NCBI GenBank assembly: GCA_964016885.1
Contig: OZ024748.1
Coordinates: forward strand, 13,206,001 to 13,270,000
Origin: Eledone cirrhosa
Taxonomy: Eukaryota
DNA length: 64,000 nucleotides
Direction of reading: 5' to 3'
The position numbers were made by a program, and so were the translations under genes. Shown in pieces: positions 28,424 through 42,988 of the stretch (the first letter of the stretch is position 1; each line of letters opens with the position of its first letter). A model generated the notes under the pieces. That model saw only the letters and a list, made by a program, of their open reading frames with translations, did not search any database and had not been told where the DNA came from.

Positions 28424-29394
28424 CGTTCTCCCTCATTCAATCGCTCAGCGTTCAATCACAAAACTTCATGAAAAATCTCATTCAAACACTCAACGATCTA
28501 TTGAGTCAATGATCTAATCACTCAGTTATTAATTCCATTAATCACTGACTCCCCCACTCAATAAACCAGTTACTCAATCATTAATTCTGTCAATAACTCA
28601 CTCCTTACTCAATGCCTCACTTCTCACACTCAATAACTCACTTCATACACACCACTCACACCACCACAATCAACACACACCATTTACCACACTACACTCT
28701 CAACACTCACACCACCACAAACAACACTCACCCCCTACACTCACACAACAGTCACCTCACCCCACATACTCCTCACCCAATCCATAACACCCATCACAAA
28801 CATCAACCTACACAACATAACAATATACAACCCCTCTGACACATCCCAGTACCTTAATTTCTCATCTTGAAACATTTGTTATTCAATAGGTTGTTTTTAT
28901 GTTTACCCTACCACCCATACAACAACAACAACAAAAACCACAAACATCACTACCGCCATCACCATCACCACCATACCAGCATCAACACCAACACCACCAC
29001 CTCAACTACCACCTCCACCACCACCATCACAACTACTTCAATCAACACCACAATCACCACTACAATTACCACACACATCACCAACACCATACCACCACAA
29101 ACATCACCATACCACCATCACCAACACCTTCAACACCAACATCATACCCTTCACCATCACCATAACAACAATCGACCCCACAATCACCACCACTACCATC
29201 ACCACCACCCCTATCACCCCCCACTACCATCACCACTACCATATACAAACTACTTCAGCACCTGGGGGTTGATGGTAACACAATAGAATCGCTATAGGGA
29301 TACTTCCAGAAGTATATAGAATATAGATAAAGCCGTTGGGATAAGAGAGAAAAGAAAGAGTAGAGGGAGAAGGAGGGAGGGAGAGAGAGTATGG

Positions 29395-29430
<36 letters not shown>

Positions 29431-29661
29431 GTGTGTGTGTGTGTACGCTAATATGTGTTTATGTGCCTGCTTCATCTTTTGTGAATGAGTACCTAACTTG
29501 ATATATGTGTGTGTGTGTAGACGAATAGAAATATAGATAGATAGATACCAAGTAATTAACATTTTCGTTGCCTTCATTTTAACGTCCATTTTGCATTGTC
29601 TCAGCCTTGTTATATATATCACTTTCTTCATTATATACAATACACAATGCTTCATTTTTAT

Positions 29662-29701
<40 letters not shown>

Positions 29702-29702
<1 letters not shown>

Positions 29703-29846
29703 AAAGAGAGGGGACACGACTGTTGAAACAGCAAGAGCTCAGCCATCGGGTCCTGTCTCTCTATAATATAACCATACTCTACTACACCAAGTATCGAGTA
29801 CTCAATTGAGTAATGGTCTAACCGGTCTCAAACTGAATCCATTCTG

Positions 29847-29850
<4 letters not shown>
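29702..29850 (+). mobile_element. Family B-related diverged copy
   Basis: gttgaaacagcaagagctcagccatcgggtcct...actctactac..aagtatcgagtactc...tggtc; (TA)n flanks. Confidence 0.55.
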
Positions 29851-29925
<75 letters not shown>

Positions 29926-30003
29926 TATGTGTGTGTGGGGGGGTGGGGGTGGTGTATGTGTGTTTGAGTGTCTGTGTTTGGGTGTTTGTGTGTGTAATAT
30001 ATT

Positions 30004-30355
30004 ATAATTGTTTCTACTTTTAGCAAATTACCCAGTACATTACTGGTACTTTATTTTATAGACTCCGTAAGGATGAAAGGCAAAGTTAACCTCGACGGGA
30101 TTTGAACTCAGATTGTAAAGGGACGTAACTATGCTGGAAAGCATGTCCGACCCTCTACCGATATTGCCAAATATTATAATATAATATACTATAGCGGTTA
30201 TGAATTTTTATAAGAACTATACATAATAGTTTCTGATTTAGGAGGGGATAGTTGATTAAATCGACCCCAGTGCATTACTGGTACTTTATTTTATCGATCC
30301 CGGAAGGAGGAAAGACAAAGTTAGCTTTGGCATCGTTTGAACTCACCACGTAAAT
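30004..30355 (-). mobile_element. Two main-family SINE copies
   Basis: ggatgaaaggcaaagttaacctcg..ggatttgaactcag at ~30070-30110 and an older copy at ~30225-30355. Confidence 0.85.
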
Positions 30356-31089
30356 AGACATCTTACCTAAACTCCATTGGCATAATATCACATTTATCTT
30401 TTTTTCTCATTCTCTAATACTTCTCTCCCTATCGTTCACTCTCTCTCTCTCGTTCTCTCTCCCTCACTTCCCCTCTCAGTTTCTCTTACTATTACATAAC
30501 ATCACATATGTCTCTCTCGCTCTCTCATTTGTTTTATTTTCCTTTCATTTTTTTTTTTTTTTTTTCTTCTGTTGTTTCAGCAAATTTTTTTATCATTTAA
30601 CATTTATGACTGTAAAATAACGGCAGAAATAGATTTTTTAATTTATTTTGTGATTGAAATTAAAGTTACTACATCACAAACTAGACACCACCACACACCA
30701 CTTCAACAATGCCCCTCCCCCTCAACACACACACATACATACACTCAACACTCACTATTTTTTTGTGACTGGAATTAAAGTTACCATACCACAACATAAC
30801 CTACCCATAAACACACAAACTATTTTTTTCCGTGCTTTCTCTCTTCTAGTTTATTATATAACATTAAAAAAAAAAATACTTTCATTATTGAATACTTCAG
30901 TACGTTAATAAATTAAGTATCATCAGTTAAATCACTCTGGCATTTCTTTCGCTTTTTTTTATTAAAGTGATCACGTTGAACGTTTTGTCGTATTTTCATC
31001 CCTGATATCTTAAGGATGTCTTTACATGCAAGAGTCAGTCTTTCTGAATGTATTTTTAATCTTGTCCTCACAATTTGACAGGAACTCTC

Positions 31090-31155
<66 letters not shown>

Positions 31156-31638
31156 ATTTTATGCGTGTGTGTGTGTGTGCGTTATTTTATGTGAATGTGT
31201 GTGCGTGTGAGTGTGTATATGTGTGTGTATGCGTCCACGTGCATATGTGTTTGTGCGTGTGTGTGTGTATGCGTGCATGTGCGTTTGTGCGTGTATGTGT
31301 GTATGCGTGCATGTGCGTTTGTGCGTGTATATGTGTATGCGTGCAAGAATTTATGCATGTGCGTGTTCAAGTGTGTGTGTATGTGTGTGCGTTTTGCGGT
31401 TGTGTGTGTGTGTTTTGTTCGTGCATATGAGAATGCGTGAGTCTGTGTGCATCCGCATGAGTGTTATGTATGAGTTTGTGTGTTTATGTTTATGTGTGGA
31501 CTTGTGAGTGTGTGTATGTGTGTATGTGTGTCTGTCTGTGAATGTGCGTTTTTTGCCTGTGTGTGTCTGTGTGTCTATATTTATCAAGTCTGTGTATGAC
31601 ATCATATTTCGTGTTCACAGAATATTATATTTAAATTT

Positions 31639-31812
31639 AGTATCGGTAGAGGGTCGGACGCCATGCTTTACAGCATAGTTACGTCCCTTTACGAACTGAG
31701 TTCAAATCCCGCCGAGGTTGACTTTGCCTTTCATCCTTACGGGGTCGATAAAATAAAGTACCAGTAATGGACTGGGGCAATCGCTGCCCTTGTCCCAAAA
31801 GTAGAAACAATT
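31639..31812 (+). mobile_element. Main-family SINE
   Basis: agtatcggtagagggtcggacgccatgc...gagttcaaatcccgccgagg...gtagaaacaatt. Confidence 0.9.
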
Positions 31813-32081
31813 ATATTTAAATTTACCGAGATTTCTCTGTCTCTTTCACACACATATTTGTATATGTATGTGTGTACATATGTATGTATGTGTGTATATA
31901 TTTGTGTATGTGTGTATGTATGTGACCATGTATGTATGTCTCTATGATTGTATGAATGTATCCTTGTGCCTAAAGTAGAAACAATTATATGAATATATGC
32001 ATATATGTATGTATATGTATATATATGTGTACGTATGTATATATGTATGTATGTAAATATGAATGGACTATATGTATATAT

Positions 32082-32249
32082 ATTAGAATATAAATATTAA
32101 TAAAATAGATGTTCTTTTTATCAATTACATTTTATTATACATATTTCGGATGTACAACAGTACGTCCTCATCAGACAAAATATAATGATACATGACATAC
32201 CCTGAGATGTTAAATGGTTAAGATTTAATCAAGGTAGTATGTTTAACTC

Positions 32250-32252
<3 letters not shown>
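32082..32252 (-). mobile_element. Short (TA)n-embedded element carrying a hammerhead
   Basis: ~170 bp non-simple island between TA repeats, containing the 32124-32186 fold. Confidence 0.55.
32124..32186 (-). ncRNA. Type I hammerhead ribozyme
   Basis: Minus strand reads AUUAUAUUUUGU CUGAUGA GGACGUAC uguu GUACAUCC GAAA uaugua UA|AUAAAAUGUAAU: 12-bp stem I (two G-U pairs), 8-bp stem II (one mismatch, G10.1-C11.1 intact), short near-palindromic stem III. Confidence 0.8.
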
Positions 32253-32288
<36 letters not shown>

Positions 32289-32879
32289 CGTATGTATGCA
32301 TGGGTAGAGGTATGTAGGGTATATGAATGATGATATATGAGTTTACGTATATTTATATATCTATTTACATACATATATACACACAAACACACATATGTAC
32401 ATATATAAATATATACATAGATACATGCGTATATACAATTATACATATCGTCATATATAAGTACACGAACACATGCTAACACACACAAAGTTTACATTGT
32501 TTCAAACTTGTAGATCATAAACACGTTCACTCAGAATAAGCCATATACACATACATACGTACACACATACAAACTACATACATACATATATACATACACA
32601 CATTCATTCATCCATACATGCATACATAAATACATGCATAGTTATCAATACATTCATATATACATATATACACACACACACATCCATCCATGCATAAATA
32701 CATGGATATCCATCCATTATACACTTATATACATAAAGACACATATGAACACACATGAACACACATGCATACACACATATACATATCTATATTGATGGGA
32801 TAAAGTACCAATTTTTTTAAAACTCTACTTAACTAATAAAGTTAATAATAATCTGGTACAAACACTACACTTGTGACAT

Positions 32880-33075
32880 ACATACATACATATATACATA
32901 GATACACACATACATGCACACATATATACATACATGGTGGCTGCCAACTCGTTTTCGAGTACGGCCACTACTATATATCCATGTAGGAGAACCCCTACCG
33001 ATGCGCTGAACGAGTGTGACTTTTTAGTCCAGCCAGCGACTTGAAAACTCTGGTACAAACACTACACTTGTGACA
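32880..33075 (-). mobile_element. RTE-type LINE 3' end with terminal C2H2 finger
   Basis: 33072-32995 encodes HKCSVCTRVFKSLAGLKSHTRSAHR*, followed by a short UTR (hairpin actcg-aaaa-cgagt) and a (TGTA)n tail. Confidence 0.75.
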
Positions 33076-34347
33076 ATTATTGACACATAGTGCTGGGCCC
33101 ATGGTACCATGTGACGACAAATGCAGAGAGATCTCCAGATATAAAGCAATTCCTGTGCCGTGAAGCTTTTATAGTGAGCAAAGGCACTGCACAAAGCCAG
33201 TCCCACTCTCTTAACCAAGATGATATTTACCAAAAAGAAGAACAAGTCAACATCATTGGATACCATCAGGGTTGCAGGTGTTATATCAGAGTTTTCCTTC
33301 TCCTAGAATTCTGCCTTGACAAAGGCTAAGTGGTCATACATATATACATACATACACACATACATGCACACATATATACATACATACATCCATCTATACA
33401 TGCATATATACACACATCCATCTATCCATCCGTGCATGCATGCATACATACACGCGCATATACATACACACGCACATACATACACACATATATACATACA
33501 CACACATATACATACACACACATATATACACACACACATATATATATGTACATACATACATAATTACACACACATATGTACACACACATATACACACACG
33601 TATACATACATTTATATACATACACACTTATATACATACACGCATATATGCATACACACATATATACATACACACACATATATACACACACACACACATA
33701 TATATGTACATACATACATAATTACACACACATATGTACACACACATATACACACACGTATACATACATTTATATACATACACACTTATATACATACACG
33801 CATATATACATACACACATATATACATACACACACATATATACACACACACATATATATATGTACATACATACATAAATACACACGCATATGTACACACA
33901 CATATACACACACGTATACATACATTTATAGATACACACATACACACATACCCATATGCATGCATACATACACACATACATATGTACACACACACATACA
34001 TACATATGTACATACTTATATACATACGTATCCATATATCACGAAGAAAATGTTTGAACATCGCTCTCTCAGTCAATCTATTTTCATTAAGCAGGAATGA
34101 TATATATTTCAATTCTAATTATTTGCAACTGAGATGATTTATATACACCTCCACAACAAAAACAACAGCAACAACAACATCAACTTCAACAGTAAAACTA
34201 TAAATCTCTCTCACCCCCCTCTCCCCCTCTCTATTAATCTAGCTTTCTATCATTCTCCCGTTTTCTCTGTCCCTTTTTCTCTCTATTATCATGGTTGCTC
34301 TTTCATGTGTATTTACGAGCGCGCGCGTCTGTGTGTATATATATGTA

Positions 34348-34484
<137 letters not shown>

Positions 34485-34702
34485 ATGTAGGAGGTGAGTT
34501 TTATTGTAGTACAATAAAACAATGCAGATATCGGATAAGAAGCACTCTACAGTTTGTAGGACTGGAGTATACATAATATAAGATCATGTTGATTTAAAAC
34601 TGCACCATCCACAAGTGTTTTTTAGCCTTCATATCATGTTCTCCTGTTTTATCTGATGAAAACACAAATATTATTATTGCATGGTGATGTTTGTTTTTGA
34701 AA

Positions 34703-34703
<1 letters not shown>
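34485..34703. mobile_element. (TA)n-anchored repeat, second copy at ~47073-47224
   Basis: Both copies start (TA)n-tgtaggaggtgagttttattgtagtacaat and share tgttgatttaaaactgcac...tgtttgtttttgaaat; the 47 kb copy lacks ~65 bp internally. Confidence 0.65.
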
Positions 34704-34755
<52 letters not shown>

Positions 34756-34756
34756 T

Positions 34757-34814
<58 letters not shown>

Positions 34815-35210
34815 AATATTGTTATATTTGGGGAGGGTCATATTTGCGTAATATTGCCAGAATTAATAACAGAACACACTCACTGTTTGGTTGGTTTTCG
34901 CTTCTCGCTGTCTTTTATATATATATATCTGCGATCTAACTTACTCGGTCCTCAATGTTGCCATTGACTGACCGGCGGTCAAAAATAATACAGATACAAT
35001 ATAGACACAAACACATATATATAGTTTACATAATTTACATAAATCTTTCGTTGCACATCTGCAACATCGTCAGTGGTGTTATATTCATTGTTCCTCCTGT
35101 TGTGTTGTATGTCTACGCCATTTTTTTTTGTTCAGTCTCTGTTTTTTGTTCATATCTGTTTCGACACACGATTTCATATAAAAAACCTCGCAAAACTAAT
35201 TCATCGCCGC

Positions 35211-35212
<2 letters not shown>
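34815..35212 (-). mobile_element. Diverged family A relative with hammerhead
   Basis: Begins atattgttatatttggggagggtcat (cf. atattgttatactttaagagggtcat at 22097); has a hammerhead at 35037-35076 and a shared ctacgccat motif; flanked by (TA)n. Confidence 0.6.
35037..35076 (-). ncRNA. Minimal type I hammerhead ribozyme (weak stem I)
   Basis: Minus strand reads cCA CUGACGA u GUUGCA gaug UGCAAC GAAA gauu UA|UG: perfect 6-bp stem II and both core boxes; stem I has only ~2 bp. Confidence 0.6.
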
Positions 35213-35300
<88 letters not shown>

Positions 35301-35320
35301 TTAATAAAATTATATATTTA

Positions 35321-35400
<80 letters not shown>

Positions 35401-35427
35401 TATATATATGTATGTGCGTGTGTGTGA

Positions 35428-35478
<51 letters not shown>

Positions 35479-35590
35479 ATAATATATGTTTGTATATGTA
35501 TGATCCACATGCTGGAGTCTACCCGAGCTGTGTGTATGCATATATGCATGTATGCATGAATGTATGTATGTGTGCATGTACGTATGTATG

Positions 35591-35623
<33 letters not shown>

Positions 35624-36635
35624 ACATGTGTGTGTGTGTGTGTAAATATAGTTATATTATAGATGTAGATACCTTTTTGAACTTGCGTTTGTATATATGT
35701 ATTTATGTATGTACCTCTGTATTATGTAGTTATAATATTACGAACGTATAAAAACAGTTGTTTCTAACAGAGGTAAGAAGGAAGAACGTTGGTAGGAATG
35801 GTTAGCAGTTTTTAATACACGTCTCAATATTCGACTGATTTTTTTACATAATCGAAGACCGGAAGGCTAATATACATAAATATGCACACACACACACACA
35901 TAAAGACACATATGAACACATATGAACACACATGCATACACACATATACATATCTATATTGATGGGATAAAGTACCAATTTTTTTAAAACTCTAAACAAC
36001 TAATAAAGTTAATAATAATCTTTTATTAAATGTTTCGAAGGGGATTCGAGGATTGGTCTCTAGAGCCCCGCGGTTCACTGGCTTCTGGTTTGTTATAGAT
36101 TTCATTTTAGTTTTGAGTACGATCCTCTCTAAGTATTTCCGTTTTGATAGCAGCCAGTACAAGACTTTTTGTAAGTCTATAAATCATAACTATTCTATTC
36201 AAATCTTCTTATTTATATTAAAACATTCCTGCATAATTTTATGTCACAACTCACTCATGTTAAGTTATGTTACGAAATCTATTTCTATAGTTATGGATCT
36301 ATCGAATCAAACGACAGGATCGCTGACCTCATTCACGTCACGAGTGAGCTAGAACTCGTCAAATCTGACCAAATAAACAAGGACTCCATTGGTCTTCCCA
36401 ATGCTGATACTATCTACCGTTTGCAACTCCAGTTATATTATTAATACATTTACTAAATTTATTCCTATTCTTCATTAACTAATTCAAACCTGTTACATTT
36501 CATTAGAAATATCATATTCAATGGTATAAATCATACATTATTTCGTTTTTTTTTCTGAATTCTTGTTATAATTAAATAATTCAAATACTGTATATTGCCT
36601 TAAATATATCGGATTGAATGTGGTAATTCTTACAA

Positions 36636-36668
36636 TATTTCTTACTGTTTTCTTAATTCTCGTTACAG
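36636..36668 (+). promoter_or_regulatory. 3' splice acceptor (branch point candidate, pyrimidine tract, AG) of the last Dlx intron
   Basis: attttcttactgttttcttaattctcgttacag directly precedes the in-frame homeobox exon; CTTAAT/CTTAC branch-like motifs are present. Confidence 0.85.
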
Positions 36669-37040
36669 GTGAAAATTTGGTTCCAGAACCGTCGATCGAA
36701 ATATAAAAAAATGATGAAACAGCAACAGACTAACCCAGCAAATACACAAGCCCAAAGCCAACAAGCCCCTTCACATGGTCAAACGACACCGACGCCGCAG
36801 TCGCAACAGTCACAGGCCCCAGTTCAGCACACTACACAACCGAGCACACCCCACCAGCAGAATGGGCAGGCTCCCAACGGACAGCAAAACACGTCACTGC
36901 TGCCCCCTGCGTCGTCGGTCAGCCCTTCGCCCACGTGGTCTGAGCTTTCGACAACCACACCCACTACCTCGTACATGTCACCGTACACTTGGTATTCTCA
37001 ACAACAAAACTCTATAAGTCATCAGTCCTTACTAACATAG
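36669..37040 (+). CDS. Dll: Terminal coding exon of Distal-less/Dlx homeobox transcription factor (homeodomain helix 3 plus Q/P/S/T-rich C-terminus)
   Basis: Translates VKIWFQNRRSKYKKMMKQ..., the Dll/Dlx helix-3 signature. It starts at the conserved Dlx phase-0 intron position (TQ|VKIWFQN), after a pyrimidine tract and CAG acceptor (ttcttaattctcgttacag, AG at 36667-36668). The C-terminus has Trp motifs (SPTW, YMSPYTWY) typical of Dll tails. Stop TAG at 37038-37040. The first codon is GTG (Val), not a start. Confidence 0.95.
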   Translation: MKIWFQNRRSKYKKMMKQQQTNPANTQAQSQQAPSHGQTTPTPQSQQSQAPVQHTTQPSTPHQQNGQAPNGQQNTSLLPPASSVSPSPTWSELSTTTPTTSYMSPYTWYSQQQNSISHQSLLT

Positions 37041-37239
37041 GGGATTCTCATCCACAGTTTAACAACTTCAACTACAAACTATCTAACAACTACAACTATT
37101 ACAACTACTGCAACAACAGCAACAATAACAAAAACAGAAAATACTATAATATGAGAAAATATATATGAAGTATTACATACTAAGAAAAACACACACACAC
37201 AAATATATATATATATATATATATATATGCATGTATATT

Positions 37240-37270
<31 letters not shown>

Positions 37271-37320
37271 ATGTATATGTGTATAAAACTATGTATATAA
37301 AGATATATATATAAATATAC

Positions 37321-37465
<145 letters not shown>

Positions 37466-37551
37466 CATATATACATATATGTACAAACACACGCACACGC
37501 AGAGACATATACATATATAAATGTATATGTATACGTTCATATATATATACA

Positions 37552-37613
<62 letters not shown>

Positions 37614-37997
37614 TATATATTACTTGTGTATGTATGTGAGTATGTATGCGTATGTGTGTGTTTGCGTGTATGCTTGCATGCGTATGCAACAACAACATTT
37701 TAAAAACCATAACAAAATAATTAACAATAACAACAACAAAAACAAAACCAAGCATTGGTAAGAGAGAAACGGCCTGGACATTAACACAAATGAAACAATC
37801 AACAACAACAACAGCAACAACAACAACTACAACAGCTTAATGGACATCAGACGCATAATATTGCAGTTTTACGTGAACAATAGAATCATGTGCAACAATA
37901 TATGCAGTAACAACAACAAGAATAACCACAACAACAACAACGATAAAAATATAACAATAACATCATCAGCATCAACATTTTCTTTTGCATGAAACAA

Positions 37998-38304
<307 letters not shown>

Positions 38305-39467
38305 ATTCCTTTCATGTTCTTCAAACAATTAAATCATTCAAAGGGGAGATAAGAGTGAGTGGAAAGTCAAAGGCAAAAAGAAAAGAAATAAAAAAAAAAA
38401 ACCCATACAGAAACCTAACACAAATGAAATATAACAAACTATATAGGGATACAAATGAAAGGAAAAGTGGTTTAAAAACCACCAAAGAATGAAACAGAAC
38501 AATAAAACACAAACAAGAAATACATTGTCAATAAATGGTAAAAAAAAATGACAAAAGTCAAAGACAAAAGCATGGAGAATCAGGACCGAGAGAGGAGAGG
38601 CGAGAGGGTAGAGGGTAGAGAAGAGACTGAAGGAGGGAGTAATACGCAAGGTAAACCTCAAAGACAGTGAGAGAGTGGGAGAAATTGTGTGTGTGTAGTT
38701 ATGTGAGAGCAGAGAAGGATAGAGTATATGTGTATGTATGTGTGTGAGTGAAAGAGAGTGAGGGGCTGATTGAGAGAAAGAGTGAGAGAATGAGTGAAAG
38801 ATAGAGAGAGAGTGTGTGAGAGTGACACATATGATTTAATAAAATGGTCGAAATGTTGAAAGGAGACCAAAAAAATTTTAATATTAAAAAATATATATAC
38901 AAAAAAATCATAAAATAAAACAATCAACAAAAGACACAATAACAAAAGAAAAAAAGTGAAATATAAAAAGAAAGTCACAATGAAAAGAAAGAAATGAGAA
39001 GAAAGAAAAATATAAATAAATAAATAAATATCTTATATAGCAAAAAAGAAATGTCTTTGGATGGAATTTGAAATGAGGAGTGGAAATGTCACAGATATTA
39101 TATTGGAAAATATAAGAGAGAAAAAAAAAAATTTCAAAACGACTTTTTGTGTGTAAGTGTGAAAAGCATTTTATCAGCAATATGAAAAATTGTAACAACA
39201 GAAAGCAAAGGAATTTCAGAAAAATGACAATAATAATTTTAAAAAATGACAATTAAAAAAAAAAGTTAAAGTAATGAAAAATATATAATATAATATAACA
39301 TGATATAATATATTATAATATATAATATATAATATAATATAATAAAAGCATTGAAATAAAACAGAAATTCTATTAGGAGATATGAAAAAAAAACGAGAAA
39401 AAATTATATATGGTATTACATGATATTGTTTTTTTAATATACATACATACATACATACATATGTGTA

Positions 39468-39529
<62 letters not shown>

Positions 39530-39647
39530 ATATATAATATATATATATTTAGTTATACATACATATAAATCTATATTCATATATATATACATATACATAC
39601 ATTAATTTATGCATATGTGTTTACACACACACACATATATATATATA

Positions 39648-39775
<128 letters not shown>

Positions 39776-40165
39776 TATGCATATTTGTATAAAGATCTAT
39801 ATCTATATATGGATATATACCTATAAATATATGTCTATATGTGCCTATATGTGTTTATATTTGTGTGATACTGTATAATTGTGAAATATCTGTGCATATG
39901 TGTATAGATGTTTATGCTTGCAACGTTTTGTGATGTATGTATGTATATATATATATATATATACACATATATAAATACATATATTTATATATTTATATAT
40001 ATATATATATATACACACACATATATAAGTATATAAGTAAAAGTAGAGGATCAATCACGAGTTCGGGCGGTTTGGTCTAGTTACCTCTACTTACACTCTG
40101 CATGATACCATGGATCGAGTACTTCTCTAATTTGTGGTCTTCCGAGTCCTCATATCACACGCTAC

Positions 40166-40227
<62 letters not shown>

Positions 40228-42038
40228 GTGTATGTGTGTTTATGTAAGTGATTTTCTACGAGAATCGAGGAAGATAGAATGAGAGAGAATGTGTGTATAT
40301 ATCATTTATGTATTAAATTTTCGTCCGTATGTGTAGTTGTGTCTGTGCCCGCATGTGCTTTTGTGTTTCTCGGTTAAAACAAATTTACTATATTTATCCA
40401 TACAGGTAAGTAGTGGACTGAAGTCATTAGAAGTTACTTTTTCCAAAATTTTCAACATCTATACCCAGTCCAATCCACATTTTGCGAACGTGTATCTACA
40501 TTATGAGCACTGGAACTTCCTCTCGCAGTGAACTTTAAACAAAAGACACATTAGAGTTTGTAAAATTGTGTTTTGTAAAATATCCAGTAATGAATATATC
40601 GATTTCAGACATACCAAACCTAAAGCTAAACTCTGCTGAACGTAAATACAATTGAAAGTGCCATGGAATTTCCTATATATAGAAAGAAAGAGATAGATGG
40701 TTAGACAGATAAATTGAAGAGAAGAAATTATGAAGTATATGAGAGAATCAAGGAAAATAGTTATATTAAAGGTGAGCTAAGGGAGTAAAGCTGTGACGTT
40801 TCAAATATTCAACAGGTAATTGCAAGAAATATCCTTGTGGAACAGCTAAGAGAAACAATGAAGGTTATATAAGAAAAGGAGGTAAAACTAGTTGTATAAG
40901 GTTATATAAGAATTAAAGGAAGGCTAGATGTATATATAAGAAGAAAAGTTAAGAAAAGATGTATATATAAGACGAAAAGGTAAGAGTAGATGTATATATC
41001 AGAGAAAAGGTAAGGTGTGATGTAAATGTATGCATAAGATAAACACAATGAAAGAATATAATTCCAACAAGAAATTCTGCTCAGGAAAACAGACTGAATA
41101 ATATCAACAGATTGAATAATCTGAACTGTTCAATAAGAATTGTAGTTTCGAAAGTCGAGAGAAACCGGATTTGTTTGCAATAAAGCTAAGATTTCTTAGT
41201 AGCCAGTTCAAGTAATGAGCTGTAAAACAACAGAAACAACAGAAACAACAAAACCAACCGCCAACAACATTATATGAAATTGAAAAAAAATTAAAAAGGG
41301 AAGACATATTTTTAAGGGCAATATAAGATGAAAAGGCGGAGAAAAGAACAAATTAGAAAAAAATACAAAAGAAAGAAAATAAACAAAACATTTCACCAAA
41401 AGTATGTGCAATAAGACGTTTCGATATAGTTTAAATCCTTATCGATGTGACTCATAATATAATATTTGAATCAAATACTATAGATTTTACAAAAATAAAG
41501 GGGTGTTATCCTTCCCATTAAGAGACGAAAAAAAAAAATCTTTTTCGTGGGTTGTTCAAAATCTAAAATCAATAATCCTGAGATACAACTAATATAATAT
41601 CAACGAAATGGTTTTGGTTTTTAAAGCTATCTGGTGTAGGAAGTACAAACATTTTTGATCTTGTTAAATTTCACCAGTAAAGCATATACACTTCAAACGG
41701 TTAGGCTTAGAATTGATCAATTATATATAGCGAAATATATCAAAATTGGCGACGTTCAGGAATAATACGTCTGAAGGGAAATTTCTCAAGAGAACGATCA
41801 ACATACTAAACTCAAACATACAGCTGAGTATTACATATGTAATATGGTATGTAATGTAGGGAGTTGGACATTTTTTATTAACAGACAATGTTTATCTAGG
41901 TCTTGCCAACTGAGCAGAATATGCTTTGCGATGAAGATGAGATAATATACGGTTATCTGCAGAATAAAAAGCAGTTAGGTCTGATGAAATAATTCTATTC
42001 TACGAACGCAAACACACACACACACACACGCACACACG

Positions 42039-42070
<32 letters not shown>

Positions 42071-42159
42071 GGAAAAGATTACCCACTCTACTACCCTACG
42101 TATCGAGTACTCTGGTGCGTTATGGTCCACCTGGTTCCTTACCACACTTCCTTCGTTAT
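42071..42159 (+). mobile_element. Family B tail-only copy
   Basis: attacccactctactaccctacgtatcgagtactctggtgcgttatggtccacctggttccttaccacacttccttcgtta matches 28110-28190. Confidence 0.7.
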
Positions 42160-42233
42160 ATATACCGGATTCACGGTCGTCTAATCGGAATGAGTAGATC
42201 TACCGATTAGTTAAACCATCCAAAATAGACGGA

Positions 42234-42280
<47 letters not shown>

Positions 42281-42283
<3 letters not shown>

Positions 42284-42379
42284 ACAATAATAAATTTGAA
42301 GACTAAAATCCAAAGAGGGCTCGATAAGATCCCGTTAAGGGTGAAAGCAGCGATTCTTTGCTTAAACTTTAATCTGTTA

Positions 42380-42423
<44 letters not shown>

Positions 42424-42482
42424 TATTAAAATAACAGATTAAAGTTTAAGCAAAGAATCGCTGCTTTCACCCTTAACGGGAT

Positions 42483-42487
<5 letters not shown>
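42281..42487. mobile_element. Family C (TA)n element; inverted ~62-bp copies separated by a TA array
   Basis: ataagatcccgttaagggtgaaagcagcgattctttgcttaaactttaatctgttattttaata and its reverse complement at ~42424-42487; further pieces at 47324-47390 and 62749-62798. Confidence 0.65.
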
Positions 42488-42533
<46 letters not shown>

Positions 42534-42755
42534 GTGTTTGTGTCGAATGCTGAAAATGATAAACTAACATGTGTCATGTAGTTTAACTGTGGAAAATGTA
42601 GAAAATGTTGAGGTAGTGCTAGAGAAAGAAAGGATGGAAACTCTTAACAGGACATTTTTTGAGTTCCAACTAATTTAATAAAACAATTAGGATGGAAAAG
42701 AAACAATGAAGAAGGAAAATGCTGAAGAAAACGATTAAAAACTAACTGATGAAAC

Positions 42756-42821
42756 GATGTGAAAAAGATGTGAAAAAGATGTGAAAAAGATGTGAAAAAG
42801 ATGTGAAAAAGATGTGAAAAA
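42756..42821. repeat. 11-bp tandem repeat x6
   Basis: gatgtgaaaaa repeated. Confidence 0.95.
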
Positions 42822-42893
42822 TAAAAGATTCAAAGATTGACGTCATAAAAACTAAGATGGTGAACAGGTAAGTTTTCAAGACGTTATGTTTAC

Positions 42894-42988
42894 ATAATTG
42901 TTTCTACTTTTGGCACAAGGCTAGCAATATATCAGTACATTACTGGTACTTTATTTTATCGACCCCGTAAGGATGAAAGGCAAAGTTA
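42894..42988 (-). mobile_element. 5'-truncated main-family SINE with target-site duplication
   Basis: Tail and central domain only; gttatgtttacataa is present on both sides (~42883 and ~42985). Confidence 0.85.

Noticed and set aside
34653-34670. CTGATGA box (also at ~47177, 41981, 42746, 52718 and minus ~30920)
   Set aside because: No stem II followed by GAAA and no closing stems, so not called hammerheads.
36775-37017. Alternative-frame 80-aa Arg-rich ORF inside the Dlx exon
   Set aside because: Expected by-product of a GC-richer exon; no independent support.
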